Shown here: positions 9,595 through 18,801 of the stretch, in pieces
Layout of the letters: each line of letters starts with the position of its first letter
How positions within the stretch are numbered: position 1 is the first letter of the stretch
Assembly (NCBI RefSeq): GCF_054482525.1
Contig: NZ_CM137006.1
Length of the DNA: 64,000 nt
Direction: 5' to 3' (one strand)
Notes under the pieces: generated by a model
Seen by the model: the letters and a program-made list of their open reading frames with translations, nothing else
The model's database searches: none
What the model was told of the DNA's origin: nothing
Translations under genes and position numbers: made by a program

Positions 9595-9767
9595 GAATAC
9601 CTCGCCGTGATGAATACACGGCAAGGCTACTGAGTCGCGCCCCGCGATTCGCTAAGGTGCTGTTGTGTCAGTGATAAGCCATCCGGGACTGATGGCGGAG
9701 GATGCGCATCGTCGGGAAACTGATGCCGACATGTGACTCCTCTAATCACTATTCAGGACTCCTGACA

Positions 9768-10622
9768 ATGGCAAAAAAAGTCTCAAAATTCTTTCGTATC
9801 GGCGTTGAGGGTGACACCTGTGACGGGCGTGTCATCAGTGCGCAGGATATTCAGGAAATGGCCGAAACCTTTGACCCGCGAGTCTATGGTTGCCGCATTA
9901 ACCTGGAACATCTGCGCGGCATCCTGCCTGACGGTATTTTTAAGCGTTATGGCGATGTGGTCGAACTGAAGGCCGAAAAGATTGACGATGATTCGGCGCT
10001 GAAAGGCAAATGGGCGCTGTTTGCGAAAATCACCCCGACCGATGACCTTATCGCGATGAACAAGGCCGCGCAGAAGGTCTACACCTCAATGGAAATTCAG
10101 CCGAACTTTGCCAACACCGGCAAATGTTATCTGGTGGGTCTGGCCGTCACCGATGACCCGGCAAGCCTCGGCACGGAATACCTGGAATTCTGCCGCACGG
10201 CAAAACACAACCCCCTGAACCGCTTCAAATTAAGCCCTGAAAACCTGATTTCAGTGGCAACGCCCGTTGAGCTGGAATTTGAAGACCTGCCTGAAACCGT
10301 GTTCACCGCCCTGACCGAAAAGGTGAAGTCCATTTTTGGCCGCAAACAGGCCAGCGATGACGCCCGTCTGAATGACGTGCATGAAGCGGTGACCGCTGTT
10401 GCTGAACATGTGCAGGAAAAACTGAGCGCCACTGAGCAGCGCCTCGCTGAGATGGAAACCGCTTTTTCCGCACTTAAGCAGGATGTGACTGACAGGGCGG
10501 ATGAAACCAGCCAGGCATTCACCCGCCTGAAAAACAGTCTCGACCACACCGAAAGTCTGACCCAGCAGCGCCGCAGCAAGGCCACCGGTGGTGGCGGTGA
10601 CGCCCTGATGACGAACTGCTGA
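9768..10622 (+). CDS. O: P2-like capsid scaffolding protein gpO (284 aa)
   Basis: Start at MAKKVSKFF (ATG 9768); length 284 aa as P2 gpO. Confidence 0.9.
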   Translation: MAKKVSKFFRIGVEGDTCDGRVISAQDIQEMAETFDPRVYGCRINLEHLRGILPDGIFKRYGDVVELKAEKIDDDSALKGKWALFAKITPTDDLIAMNKAAQKVYTSMEIQPNFANTGKCYLVGLAVTDDPASLGTEYLEFCRTAKHNPLNRFKLSPENLISVATPVELEFEDLPETVFTALTEKVKSIFGRKQASDDARLNDVHEAVTAVAEHVQEKLSATEQRLAEMETAFSALKQDVTDRADETSQAFTRLKNSLDHTESLTQQRRSKATGGGGDALMTNC

Positions 10623-10680
10623 CCGGCGTCAGTCAGTCCGGGAAAACCTTCACGATTAACCCTTAATTTCAGGAAAAACT

Positions 10681-11754
10681 ATGCGCCAGGAAACCCGCTT
10701 TAAATTTAATGCCTACCTGTCCCGTGTTGCCGAACTGAACGGCATCGACGCCGGTGATGTGTCGAAAAAATTCACCGTTGAACCGTCGGTCACCCAGACC
10801 CTGATGAACACCATGCAGGAGTCCTCTGACTTTCTGACCCGCATCAACATTGTGCCGGTCAGCGAAATGAAAGGGGAAAAAATTGGCATCGGTGTCACCG
10901 GCTCCATCGCCAGCACCACCGACACCGCCGGTGGCACCGAGCGTCAGCCGAAGGACTTCTCGAAGCTGGCGTCAAACAAGTACGAATGCGACCAGATTAA
11001 CTTCGATTTTTATATCCGCTACAAAACGCTGGACCTGTGGGCGCGTTATCAGGATTTCCAGCTCCGTGTCCGTAACGCCATTATCAAACGCCAGTCCCTT
11101 GATTTAATCATGGCCGGTTTTAACGGCGTGAGGCGTGCCGAAACCTCTGACCGCAGCAGCAATCCGATGCTGCAGGATGTGGCGGTCGGCTGGCTGCAGA
11201 AATACCGCAATGAAGCCCCGGCGCGCGTGATGAGCAAGGTCACTGACGAGGAAGGGCACACCACCTCTGAGGTTATCCGCGTGGGTAAGGGCGGTGATTA
11301 TGCCAGCCTTGACGCACTGGTGATGGATGCGACCAACAACCTGATTGAGCCGTGGTATCAGGAAGACCCTGACCTTGTGGTGATTGTGGGACGTCAGCTA
11401 CTGGCGGACAAGTATTTTCCCATCGTCAACAAGGAGCAGGACAACAGCGAAATGCTGGCCGCTGACGTCATCATCAGCCAGAAACGCATCGGTAACCTGC
11501 CGGCGGTACGCGTCCCGTACTTCCCGGCGGATGCGATGCTCATCACAAAGCTGGAAAACCTGTCCATCTACTACATGGATGACAGCCATCGCCGCGTGAT
11601 TGAGGAAAACCCGAAACTCGACCGCGTGGAGAACTACGAGTCAATGAACATTGATTACGTGGTGGAAGACTACGCCGCCGGTTGTCTGGTGGAAAAAATT
11701 AAGGTCGGTGATTTCTCCACACTGGCTAAAGCGACCGCAGAGCCGGGAGCGTAA
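10681..11754 (+). CDS. N: P2-like major capsid protein gpN (357 aa)
   Basis: 357-aa ORF MRQETRFKFNAYLSRVAELNG...; size and order match P2 N. Confidence 0.93.
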   Translation: MRQETRFKFNAYLSRVAELNGIDAGDVSKKFTVEPSVTQTLMNTMQESSDFLTRINIVPVSEMKGEKIGIGVTGSIASTTDTAGGTERQPKDFSKLASNKYECDQINFDFYIRYKTLDLWARYQDFQLRVRNAIIKRQSLDLIMAGFNGVRRAETSDRSSNPMLQDVAVGWLQKYRNEAPARVMSKVTDEEGHTTSEVIRVGKGGDYASLDALVMDATNNLIEPWYQEDPDLVVIVGRQLLADKYFPIVNKEQDNSEMLAADVIISQKRIGNLPAVRVPYFPADAMLITKLENLSIYYMDDSHRRVIEENPKLDRVENYESMNIDYVVEDYAAGCLVEKIKVGDFSTLAKATAEPGA

Positions 11755-11757
11755 CCG

Positions 11758-12501
11758 ATGACGAGTCCCGCACAGCGCCACATGATGCGGGTCTCGGCAG
11801 CGATGACCGCGCAGCGGGAAGCCGCCCCGCTGCGACATGCAACTGTCTATGAGCAGATGCTGGTTAAGCTCGCCGCAGACCAGCGCACACTGAAAGCGAT
11901 TTATTCAAAAGAGCTGAAGGCCGCGAAAAAACGCGAACTGCTGCCGTTCTGGTTGCCGTGGGTGAACGGCGTGCTGGAGCAGGGCAAAGGTGCACAGGAT
12001 GACATTCTGATGACGGTCATGCTGTGGCGTCTGGATACCGGCGATATTGCCGGTGCGCTGGAGATTGCCCGTTATGCCCTGAAGTACGGTCTGACCATGC
12101 CGGGTAAACACCGCCGTACCCCGCCGTACATGTTCACCGAGGAGGTAGCGCTTGCGGCCATGCGTGCCCACGCTGCCGGTGAGTCTGTGGATACCCGCCT
12201 GCTGACGGAGACCCTTGAACTGACCGCCACGGCTGACATGCCTGATGAAGTGCGCGCAAAGCTGCACAAAATCACCGGTCTGTTTCTGCGTGACGGTGGT
12301 GATGCCGCCGGTGCGCTGGCTCACCTGCAACGTGCGACACAGCTCGACTGTCAGGCAGGTGTCAAAAAAGAGATTGAACGACTGGAGCGGGAGCTGAAAC
12401 CGAAGCCGGAGCCGCAGCCCAAAGCGGCCACCCGCGCCCCGCGTAAGACCCGGAGCGTGACACCGGCAAAACGTGGACGCCCGAAAAAGAAAGCCAGTTA
12501 A
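11758..12501 (+). CDS. M: P2-like terminase small/endonuclease subunit gpM (247 aa)
   Basis: 247-aa ORF following N; basic C-terminus; P2 gene order. Confidence 0.9.
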   Translation: MTSPAQRHMMRVSAAMTAQREAAPLRHATVYEQMLVKLAADQRTLKAIYSKELKAAKKRELLPFWLPWVNGVLEQGKGAQDDILMTVMLWRLDTGDIAGALEIARYALKYGLTMPGKHRRTPPYMFTEEVALAAMRAHAAGESVDTRLLTETLELTATADMPDEVRAKLHKITGLFLRDGGDAAGALAHLQRATQLDCQAGVKKEIERLERELKPKPEPQPKAATRAPRKTRSVTPAKRGRPKKKAS

Positions 12502-12600
12502 CAACCGAATGCGCCCCGCGCCAGGGCGGCACGCCGGTCAGTGTGGGTGAATCACCTGACACTGTACCGGCGTCCACCGCCCGACTTTTCTGAGGTAGTC

Positions 12601-13110
12601 ATGATGACGCTGATTATTCCGCGAAAGGAGGCTCCCGTGTCCGGTGAGGGTACGGTGGTCATCCCGCAACCGGCAGGCGACGAGCCGGTGATTAAAAACA
12701 CGTTCTTTTTTCCCGATATCGACCCGAAGCGCGTCCGGGAACGTATGCGCCTTGAGCAGACCGTCGCCCCCGCCCGTCTGCGTGAGGCCATCAAGTCAGG
12801 CATGGCGGAGACGAATGCGGAGCTGTACGAGTACCGCGAACAGAAAATTGCCGCCGGTTTTACGCGTCTGGCTGACGTCCCGGCAGACGATATCGACGGT
12901 GAAAGCATCAAGGTTTTTTACTACGAGCGCGCCGTGTGTGCGATGGCGACCGCGTCGCTTTATGAGCGTTATCGCGGCGTGGATGCCAGTGCGAAAGGCG
13001 ACAAGAAGGCCGACAGCATTGACAGCACCATTGATGAACTGTGGCGGGATATGCGCTGGGCGGTGGCGCGTATCCAGGACAAGCCGCGCTGCATCGTGAG
13101 TCAAATCTGA
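12601..13110 (+). CDS. L: P2-like head completion/stabilisation protein gpL (169 aa)
   Basis: Start at MMTLIIPRKEAP (ATG 12601); 169 aa. Confidence 0.88.
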   Translation: MMTLIIPRKEAPVSGEGTVVIPQPAGDEPVIKNTFFFPDIDPKRVRERMRLEQTVAPARLREAIKSGMAETNAELYEYREQKIAAGFTRLADVPADDIDGESIKVFYYERAVCAMATASLYERYRGVDASAKGDKKADSIDSTIDELWRDMRWAVARIQDKPRCIVSQI

Positions 13111-13313
13111 TGAAGACCTTTGCGCTACAGGGCGACACGCTCGACGCCATTTGTGTCCGGTATTACGGGCGCACTGAGGGCGTGGTCGAGGCCGTGCTCG
13201 CCGCAAATCCGGGACTGGCTGAACTGGGCGTGGTGCTGCCACACGGCACCGCCGTCGAACTGCCCGACGTTCAGACCGCGCCCGTGGCTGAAACTGTCAA
13301 TCTGTGGGAGTAA
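13110..13313 (+). CDS. X: P2-like tail protein gpX (67 aa)
   Basis: MKTFALQGDTLDAICVRYYGRTEG...; ATG overlaps the L stop (TGATG). Confidence 0.85.
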   Translation: MKTFALQGDTLDAICVRYYGRTEGVVEAVLAANPGLAELGVVLPHGTAVELPDVQTAPVAETVNLWE

Positions 13314-13316
13314 CGC

Positions 13317-13598
13317 ATGACAGCAGAAGAAAAAAGCGTCCTGTCGCTTTTCATGATTGGGGTGCTGATTGTTGTCGGCAAGGTGCTTGCCGGTGGTGAA
13401 CCCATCACCCCGCGTCTGTTTATCGGGCGCATGTTGCTCGGTGGTTTTGTCTCGATGGTTGCCGGTGTTGTTCTGGTGCAGTTTCCTGACCTGTCACTGC
13501 CTGCGGTGTGCGGCATCGGCTCCATGCTGGGTATCGCCGGTTATCAGGTGATTGAGATTGCCATTCAGCGCCGTTTTAAGGGCAGGGGGAAACCGTAA
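13317..13598 (+). CDS. Y: P2-like holin gpY (93 aa)
   Basis: 93-aa ORF with hydrophobic transmembrane segments and basic C-terminus, upstream of endolysin. Confidence 0.88.
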   Translation: MTAEEKSVLSLFMIGVLIVVGKVLAGGEPITPRLFIGRMLLGGFVSMVAGVVLVQFPDLSLPAVCGIGSMLGIAGYQVIEIAIQRRFKGRGKP

Positions 13599-14095
13599 TG
13601 CCGGTAATTAACACGCATCAGAATATCGCCGCCTTTCTCGACATGCTGGCCGTGTCCGAAGGGACGGCGAATCATCCGCTGACGAAAAACCGGGGCTATG
13701 ACGTGATAGTCACCGGACTGGACGGGAAGCCGGAAATTTTCACCGACTACAGTGACCACCCGTTCGCGCATGGCCGACCGGCGAAGGTGTTTAACCGTCG
13801 TGGTGAAAAATCCACGGCCTCCGGTCGCTATCAGCAGCTTTACCTGTTCTGGCCGCACTACCGTAAACAGCTTGCCCTGCCTGATTTCAGTCCGTTGTCA
13901 CAGGACAGACTCGCCATTCAGTTGATCCGCGAACGCGGTGCACTGGATGACATCCGGGCGGGACGCATTGAGCGCGCCATTTCACGCTGTCGCAATATCT
14001 GGGCGTCCCTGCCGGGTGCCGGTTACGGTCAGCGTGAGCATTCACTGGAAAAACTGGTCACCGTCTGGCGTACCGCTGGCGGCGTACCGGCTTAA
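13598..14095 (+). CDS. K: P2-like endolysin/lysozyme gpK (165 aa)
   Basis: 165-aa ORF MPVINTHQNIAAFLDMLAVSEGT...; position after holin. Confidence 0.9.
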   Translation: MPVINTHQNIAAFLDMLAVSEGTANHPLTKNRGYDVIVTGLDGKPEIFTDYSDHPFAHGRPAKVFNRRGEKSTASGRYQQLYLFWPHYRKQLALPDFSPLSQDRLAIQLIRERGALDDIRAGRIERAISRCRNIWASLPGAGYGQREHSLEKLVTVWRTAGGVPA

Positions 14096-14109
14096 ACGGA
14101 GTAAACACC

Positions 14110-14535
14110 ATGAAGAAATTATCCCTTTCACTGATGCTGAACGTGTCGCTGGCACTGATGCCGGCACTGTCCCTGATTTACCCGCAGAGCGTGGCCGTCA
14201 ATTTTGTCGCCGCCTGGGCGATTCTGGCGACGGTTATCTGTGTGGTTGCCGGTGGTGTCGGCGTGTATGCCACTGAGTATGTGCTGGAACGCTACGGGCG
14301 GGAGCTGCCGCCGGAATCGCTGGCCGTGAAGATTGTCGCGTCGCTGTTTTTGCAGCCGGTGCCGTGGCGCAGACGGGCGGCGGCTCTGGTGGTGATGGTG
14401 GCGACGTTTATCTCGCTGGTCGCTGCCGGGTGGATTTTTACCGCGCTGATTTACCTCGTGGCGTCGGTGTTCTTCCGGCTGATACGTACGGCCTGCCGTC
14501 AGTGTTTTGAGGAGCGGCAACCATGTCAAGGCTGA
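14110..14535 (+). CDS. lysA: P2-like lysis accessory protein LysA (141 aa, membrane protein)
   Basis: 141-aa hydrophobic ORF after K. Confidence 0.85.
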   Translation: MKKLSLSLMLNVSLALMPALSLIYPQSVAVNFVAAWAILATVICVVAGGVGVYATEYVLERYGRELPPESLAVKIVASLFLQPVPWRRRAAALVVMVATFISLVAAGWIFTALIYLVASVFFRLIRTACRQCFEERQPCQG

Positions 14536-14948
14536 TGATTGTACTGATTGTGTTGTTATCGCTGGCGGTGGCGGGTCTGTTTCTGGTGAAACACAAAAAT
14601 GCCAGCCTGCGCACCTCACTGGACAGGGCGAACAATGTCGCCAGCGGGCAGCAGACGACCATCACCATGCTGAAAAACCAGCTTCATGTTGCCCTTACCA
14701 GGGCAGACAAAAACGAGCTGGCGCAGGTGGCACTGCGTCAGGAGCTGGAGAACGCCGCGAAGCGTGAAGCACAGCGCGAGAAAACCATCACGAGGTTACT
14801 TAATGAAAACGAAGATTTTCGCCGCTGGTACGGCGCTGACCTGCCTGATGCTGTGCGCCGGTTGCACCAGCGCCCCGCCTGCACCGACGCCAGTGATTGT
14901 CCACAACGCCTGCCCGAAAGTGAGCCTTTGCCCGATGCCGGGCAGTGA
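14523..14948 (+). CDS. lysB: P2-like LysB (Rz-like inner-membrane spanin, 141 aa)
   Basis: 141-aa ORF with N-terminal TM segment and coiled-coil-like body; overlaps lysA end. Confidence 0.85.
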   Translation: MSRLMIVLIVLLSLAVAGLFLVKHKNASLRTSLDRANNVASGQQTTITMLKNQLHVALTRADKNELAQVALRQELENAAKREAQREKTITRLLNENEDFRRWYGADLPDAVRRLHQRPACTDASDCPQRLPESEPLPDAGQ

Positions 14949-15093
14949 CCCGCAGACGAACGGCGATTTAAGTGCCGATATCCGGCAGCTTGAGAACGCG
15001 CTGGCGCGCTGTGCCAGCCAGGTAAAAATGATTAAACACTGTCAGGACGAAAACGATGCTCAAACCCGACAGCCTGCGCAGGGCGCTGACTGA
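14803..15093 (+). CDS. lysC: P2-like LysC (Rz1-like outer-membrane lipoprotein spanin, 96 aa) embedded in +1 frame of lysB
   Basis: MKTKIFAAGTALTCLMLCAGC lipoprotein signal with lipobox LCAGC; Pro-rich; starts inside lysB and extends beyond it. Confidence 0.8.
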   Translation: MKTKIFAAGTALTCLMLCAGCTSAPPAPTPVIVHNACPKVSLCPMPGSDPQTNGDLSADIRQLENALARCASQVKMIKHCQDENDAQTRQPAQGAD

Positions 15094-15523
15094 TGCCGTC
15101 ACGGTACTGAAAACTAACCCCGATATGCTGCGGATATTCGTGGATAACGGGAGTATTGCCTCCACACTGGCGACGTCGCTGTCATTCGAAAAGCGTTACA
15201 CGCTCAATGTCATTGTGACCGACTTTACCGGTGATTTTGACCTGCTCATTGTGCCGGTGCTGGCGTGGCTGCGGGAAAATCAGCCCGACATCATGACCAC
15301 CGACGAAGGCCAGAAAAAGGGCTTCACGTTTTATGCAGACATCAACAATGACAGCAGCTTTGATATCAGTATCAGCCTGATGCTGACCGAGCGCACGCTG
15401 GTCAGTGAGGTTGACGGTGCGCTGCATGTGAAGAATATCCCGGAACCCCCGCTGCCGGAGCCGGTCACCCGCCCGATGGAGCTGTATATCAATGGCGAAC
15501 TGGTGAGCAAGTGGGATGAATGA
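15056..15523 (+). CDS. R: P2-like tail completion protein gpR (155 aa)
   Basis: 155-aa ORF; size and order match P2 R. Confidence 0.88.
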   Translation: MLKPDSLRRALTDAVTVLKTNPDMLRIFVDNGSIASTLATSLSFEKRYTLNVIVTDFTGDFDLLIVPVLAWLRENQPDIMTTDEGQKKGFTFYADINNDSSFDISISLMLTERTLVSEVDGALHVKNIPEPPLPEPVTRPMELYINGELVSKWDE

Positions 15524-15968
15524 GTTTAAGCGTTTTGAAGACCGGCTGACCGGACTTATTGAATCGCTGTCACCGTCAGGGCGTCGGCGACTGAGTGCCG
15601 AACTGGCGAAACGTCTGCGGCAGAGTCAGCAGCGTCGGGTGATGGCTCAGAAAGCCCCGGACGGCACACCCTACGCGCCACGCCAGCAGCAGAGCGCCAG
15701 AAAAAAGACCGGTCGTGTTAAGCGAAAAATGTTTGCGAAACTTATCACCAGTCGTTTTTTGCATATCCGCGCCAGCCCGGAACAGGCATCAATGGAATTT
15801 TACGGCGGGAAGTCACCGAAAATCGCCAGCGTGCATCAGTTCGGCCTGTCGGAAGAAACCCGGAAAGACGGTAAGAAAATTGATTATCCGGCGCGTCCTC
15901 TGCTCGGCTTTACCGGTGAGGATGTGCAGATGATTGAAGAGATTATCCTGGCTCACCTTGAGCGTTAG
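15516..15968 (+). CDS. S: P2-like tail completion protein gpS (150 aa)
   Basis: 150-aa ORF overlapping R end; P2 order. Confidence 0.88.
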   Translation: MNEFKRFEDRLTGLIESLSPSGRRRLSAELAKRLRQSQQRRVMAQKAPDGTPYAPRQQQSARKKTGRVKRKMFAKLITSRFLHIRASPEQASMEFYGGKSPKIASVHQFGLSEETRKDGKKIDYPARPLLGFTGEDVQMIEEIILAHLER

Positions 15969-15998
15969 TTTTATCCAGGCAGAGGCTGATGCGCAATT

Positions 15999-16033
15999 AA
16001 ACATTGAGCGGCCATGCTGGTCGCTCAATGTTT
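15999..16033. terminator. Bidirectional stem-loop between S (+) and the reverse-strand moron
   Basis: 12-bp perfect inverted repeat aaacattgagcg...cgctcaatgttt with 11-nt loop, between convergent genes. Confidence 0.45.
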
Positions 16034-16039
16034 AGAGGT

Positions 16040-16825
16040 TTATGAGTGATTTTTATTTGATGCTTTGTATTCTACAACCTTCTTATTGGCGTAAAGGAAT
16101 TTTGTATATGACAGGAATATAACCAGACCTGAAATGAAATAGATGAGGGATATTATTAATAATGCTTTTTTTTGGCTGTTATTATCTTTAATCTCCTGAC
16201 TTAACCATTCCGAGTCCTCCTCGTTTAGCTGTAAGAGATTATTGCAGGCGATCTCAGGAAGTGTGTCTTTTATAAATACGTTTCGTAGCCTCTTGCAATC
16301 GGCAAGGCTATAAGTTTTATTGAATTCAACTGTTTTATTGTTGAAGGATAAAAGAACTTTGTCACTATAAACATAGTACATCATATTTTTATATGGTATG
16401 CCTATGGCATCTCTTACTATAGCGGATTGTTTGTTGTGTATATAACATGCGAAGAGAATATAAATAATGCTGGACAGAATTACAATTATTGTTTTAATTA
16501 TGTGTGGTGGTTTTGTTATGTCACCCCAGAAGCGAGTAAGAAAAAAATACGATGTTTTTAGTTTTCCATCAATCAGCCCCTGCTGTATCATTCTCACATC
16601 TTCGATGCCTGATACATTGATTCCGTTAATTATTTTAAATAGTTGAATGTCGCGCCATTTTTTGTCGAGCATTTTTAACTTTCTGTCTGAATACTCAAAA
16701 TTGAAATGATGTGCAATAAACCTCATAAGATTACTTTTACCAAAGGTAACAAATGTTAATGCTATTAATAAAAATAGATACAAAGAGATAAACCACCACG
16801 CATTAGTCACATTATCACTGAACAT
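16040..16825 (-). CDS. Moron: predicted membrane protein (261 aa, about three hydrophobic segments) in the S-V intergenic slot
   Basis: Opposite strand to the late operons; strongly AT-rich, Lys/Asn/Ile-rich; hydrophobic segments WWFISLYLFLLIALTFVTF, IIKTIIVILSSIIYILFACYI, ALLIISLIYFISGLVIFLSY. Confidence 0.7.
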   Translation of the reverse strand: MFSDNVTNAWWFISLYLFLLIALTFVTFGKSNLMRFIAHHFNFEYSDRKLKMLDKKWRDIQLFKIINGINVSGIEDVRMIQQGLIDGKLKTSYFFLTRFWGDITKPPHIIKTIIVILSSIIYILFACYIHNKQSAIVRDAIGIPYKNMMYYVYSDKVLLSFNNKTVEFNKTYSLADCKRLRNVFIKDTLPEIACNNLLQLNEEDSEWLSQEIKDNNSQKKALLIISLIYFISGLVIFLSYTKFLYANKKVVEYKASNKNHS

Positions 16826-16908
16826 TACGCTCTCCTCGAATGTTGTATGGTCGTTCTACAAATGAATCCAGATAGCATAACTTTTATATATTGTGCAATC
16901 TCACACGC

Positions 16909-17544
16909 ATGAACACTCTCGCAAATACTCAGGAACTCGCGCGCGCACTGCGCAACATGATCCGCACCGGCCTTGTCGTCGAAACCGACCTTAATGCCGG
17001 TCGCTGCCGTGTGCAGACCGGCGGCATGTGCACCGACTGGCTTCAGTGGCTGACCCATCGCGCCGGGCGTTCGCGCACATGGTGGGCACCTTCCGTGGGG
17101 GAACAGGTGCTGATTCTGGCCGTGGGTGGTGAACTCGACACGGCGTTCGTTCTGCCGGGGATTTATTCCGGCGATAACCCCGCGCCGTCTGCGTCGGCGG
17201 ATGCCCTGCATATCCGTTTCCCTGACGGGGCGGTGATTGAGTATGAACCTGAAACCAGCGCGCTCACGGTAAGCGGAGTTAAAACGGCCAGCGTGACGGC
17301 TTCTGATTCTGTTACTGCCACGGTGCCGGTGGTCATGGTGAAAGCATCAACCCGCATCACCCTGGACACGCCGGAGGTGGTCTGCACCAACAGGCTGATT
17401 ACCGGCACGCTGGAAGTACAGAAGGGCGGGACGATGCGCGGCAACATTGAACACACCGGCGGTGAACTCTCATCAAACGGTAAGGTACTGCATACCCATA
17501 AACACCCCGGCGACAGCGGCGGCACAACAGGGAGTCCTCTATGA
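16909..17544 (+). CDS. V: P2-like baseplate spike protein gpV (211 aa)
   Basis: Start at MNTLANTQELARALRNMIRTG (ATG 16909); 211 aa. Confidence 0.9.
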   Translation: MNTLANTQELARALRNMIRTGLVVETDLNAGRCRVQTGGMCTDWLQWLTHRAGRSRTWWAPSVGEQVLILAVGGELDTAFVLPGIYSGDNPAPSASADALHIRFPDGAVIEYEPETSALTVSGVKTASVTASDSVTATVPVVMVKASTRITLDTPEVVCTNRLITGTLEVQKGGTMRGNIEHTGGELSSNGKVLHTHKHPGDSGGTTGSPL

Positions 17545-17888
17545 CAGCGCGTTATCTCGGAATGAATCGCAGTGATGGCCTGACTGTCACTGACCTTGAG
17601 CATATCAGCCAGAGTATCGGCGATATCCTGCGCACACCGGTCGGCTCACGGGTGATGCGTCGTGATTACGGCTCGTTGCTGGCATCAATGATTGACCAGC
17701 CGCAGACCCCGGCGCTTGAGTTGCAGATTAAGGTCGCCTGTTACATGGCGGTGCTGAAATGGGAACCCCGCGTCACCCTGTCATCCGTCACCACTGAGCG
17801 CAGTTTTGACGGGCGAATGACGGTCACGTTAACCGGCCAGCACAACGACACCGGCCAGCCACTTTCGTTAACCATCCCTGTGAGTTGA
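17541..17888 (+). CDS. W: P2-like baseplate protein gpW (115 aa)
   Basis: 115-aa ORF, overlapping V stop. Confidence 0.9.
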   Translation: MTARYLGMNRSDGLTVTDLEHISQSIGDILRTPVGSRVMRRDYGSLLASMIDQPQTPALELQIKVACYMAVLKWEPRVTLSSVTTERSFDGRMTVTLTGQHNDTGQPLSLTIPVS

Positions 17889-17892
17889 AACC

Positions 17893-18801
17893 ATGCCGAT
17901 TATCGACCTGAACCAGCTACCCGCACCGGATGTGGTCGAGGAGCTGGACTTTGAAACCATTCTTGCCGAACGCAAGGCGACACTGATTTCCCTTTACCCG
18001 GAAGACCAGCAGGAGGCGGTCGCCCGTACCCTGACGCTGGAATCCGAGCCTCTCGTCAAACTGCTGGAGGAAAATGCTTATCGTGAGCTTATCTGGCGTC
18101 AGCGTGTGAATGAGGCCGCACGGGCGGTGATGCTGGCCTGTGCCGCCGGTAATGACCTTGATGTGATTGGTGCCAATTACAACACCACGCGCCTGATTAT
18201 CACTCCGGCAGATGATTCGACTATCCCGCCGACACCGGCAGTGATGGAATCTGACACCGATTATCGTCTGCGTATTCAGCAGGCGTTTGAGGGCTTAAGC
18301 GTCGCCGGGTCGGTGGGGGCCTATCAGTATCATGGTCGCAGTGCTGACGGGCGTGTCGCGGATATCTCTGTCACCAGTCCGTCTCCGGCCTGCGTCACCA
18401 TCTCCGTGCTGTCACGTGAAAATAACGGCGTCGCATCCGAAGACCTGCTGGCCGTGGTGCGTAACGCCCTTAATGGCGAGGACGTCAGGCCGGTGGCCGA
18501 CCGCGTGACCGTGCAGTCTGCCGCCATCGTTGAATACCAGATAAACGCCACGCTGTATCTTTACCCTGGTCCCGAAAGCGAACCCATTCGCGCTGCCGCC
18601 GTGAAAAAACTGGAAGCGTATATCACGGCACAGCACCGGCTGGGGCGCGACATCCGTCTGTCTGCCATTTATGCCGCTTTGCATGTGGAAGGCGTGCAGC
18701 GTGTCGAACTGGCTGCACCGCTGGCCGACATCGTGCTCAACAGTACGCAGGCGTCTTTCTGTACCGAATACAGCGTCGTGACCGGAGGCTCGGATGAGTG
18801 A
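17893..18801 (+). CDS. J: P2-like baseplate assembly protein gpJ (302 aa)
   Basis: 302-aa ORF; P2 order. Confidence 0.9.
   Translation: MPIIDLNQLPAPDVVEELDFETILAERKATLISLYPEDQQEAVARTLTLESEPLVKLLEENAYRELIWRQRVNEAARAVMLACAAGNDLDVIGANYNTTRLIITPADDSTIPPTPAVMESDTDYRLRIQQAFEGLSVAGSVGAYQYHGRSADGRVADISVTSPSPACVTISVLSRENNGVASEDLLAVVRNALNGEDVRPVADRVTVQSAAIVEYQINATLYLYPGPESEPIRAAAVKKLEAYITAQHRLGRDIRLSAIYAALHVEGVQRVELAAPLADIVLNSTQASFCTEYSVVTGGSDE

Noticed and set aside
9625-9767. Ogr-dependent late promoter motifs (TGT-N12-ACA) in the P/O divergent region, and upstream of V and FI
   Set aside because: I could not find an exact TGT-N12-ACA dyad by eye (closest is TGT-N11-ACA at ~16842-16858 upstream of V); late promoters surely exist here but I cannot place them reliably, so they are not listed as features.
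14686-14802. N-terminal 39 codons of the 135-aa ORF at 14686-15093
   Set aside because: This part is an out-of-frame read-through inside lysB; the real LysC product starts at the Met preceding the lipoprotein signal (14803).
16825-17211. 128-aa reverse-strand ORF overlapping the start of V
   Set aside because: Arg-rich translation antisense to gpV; overlaps the V promoter and coding region; no support.
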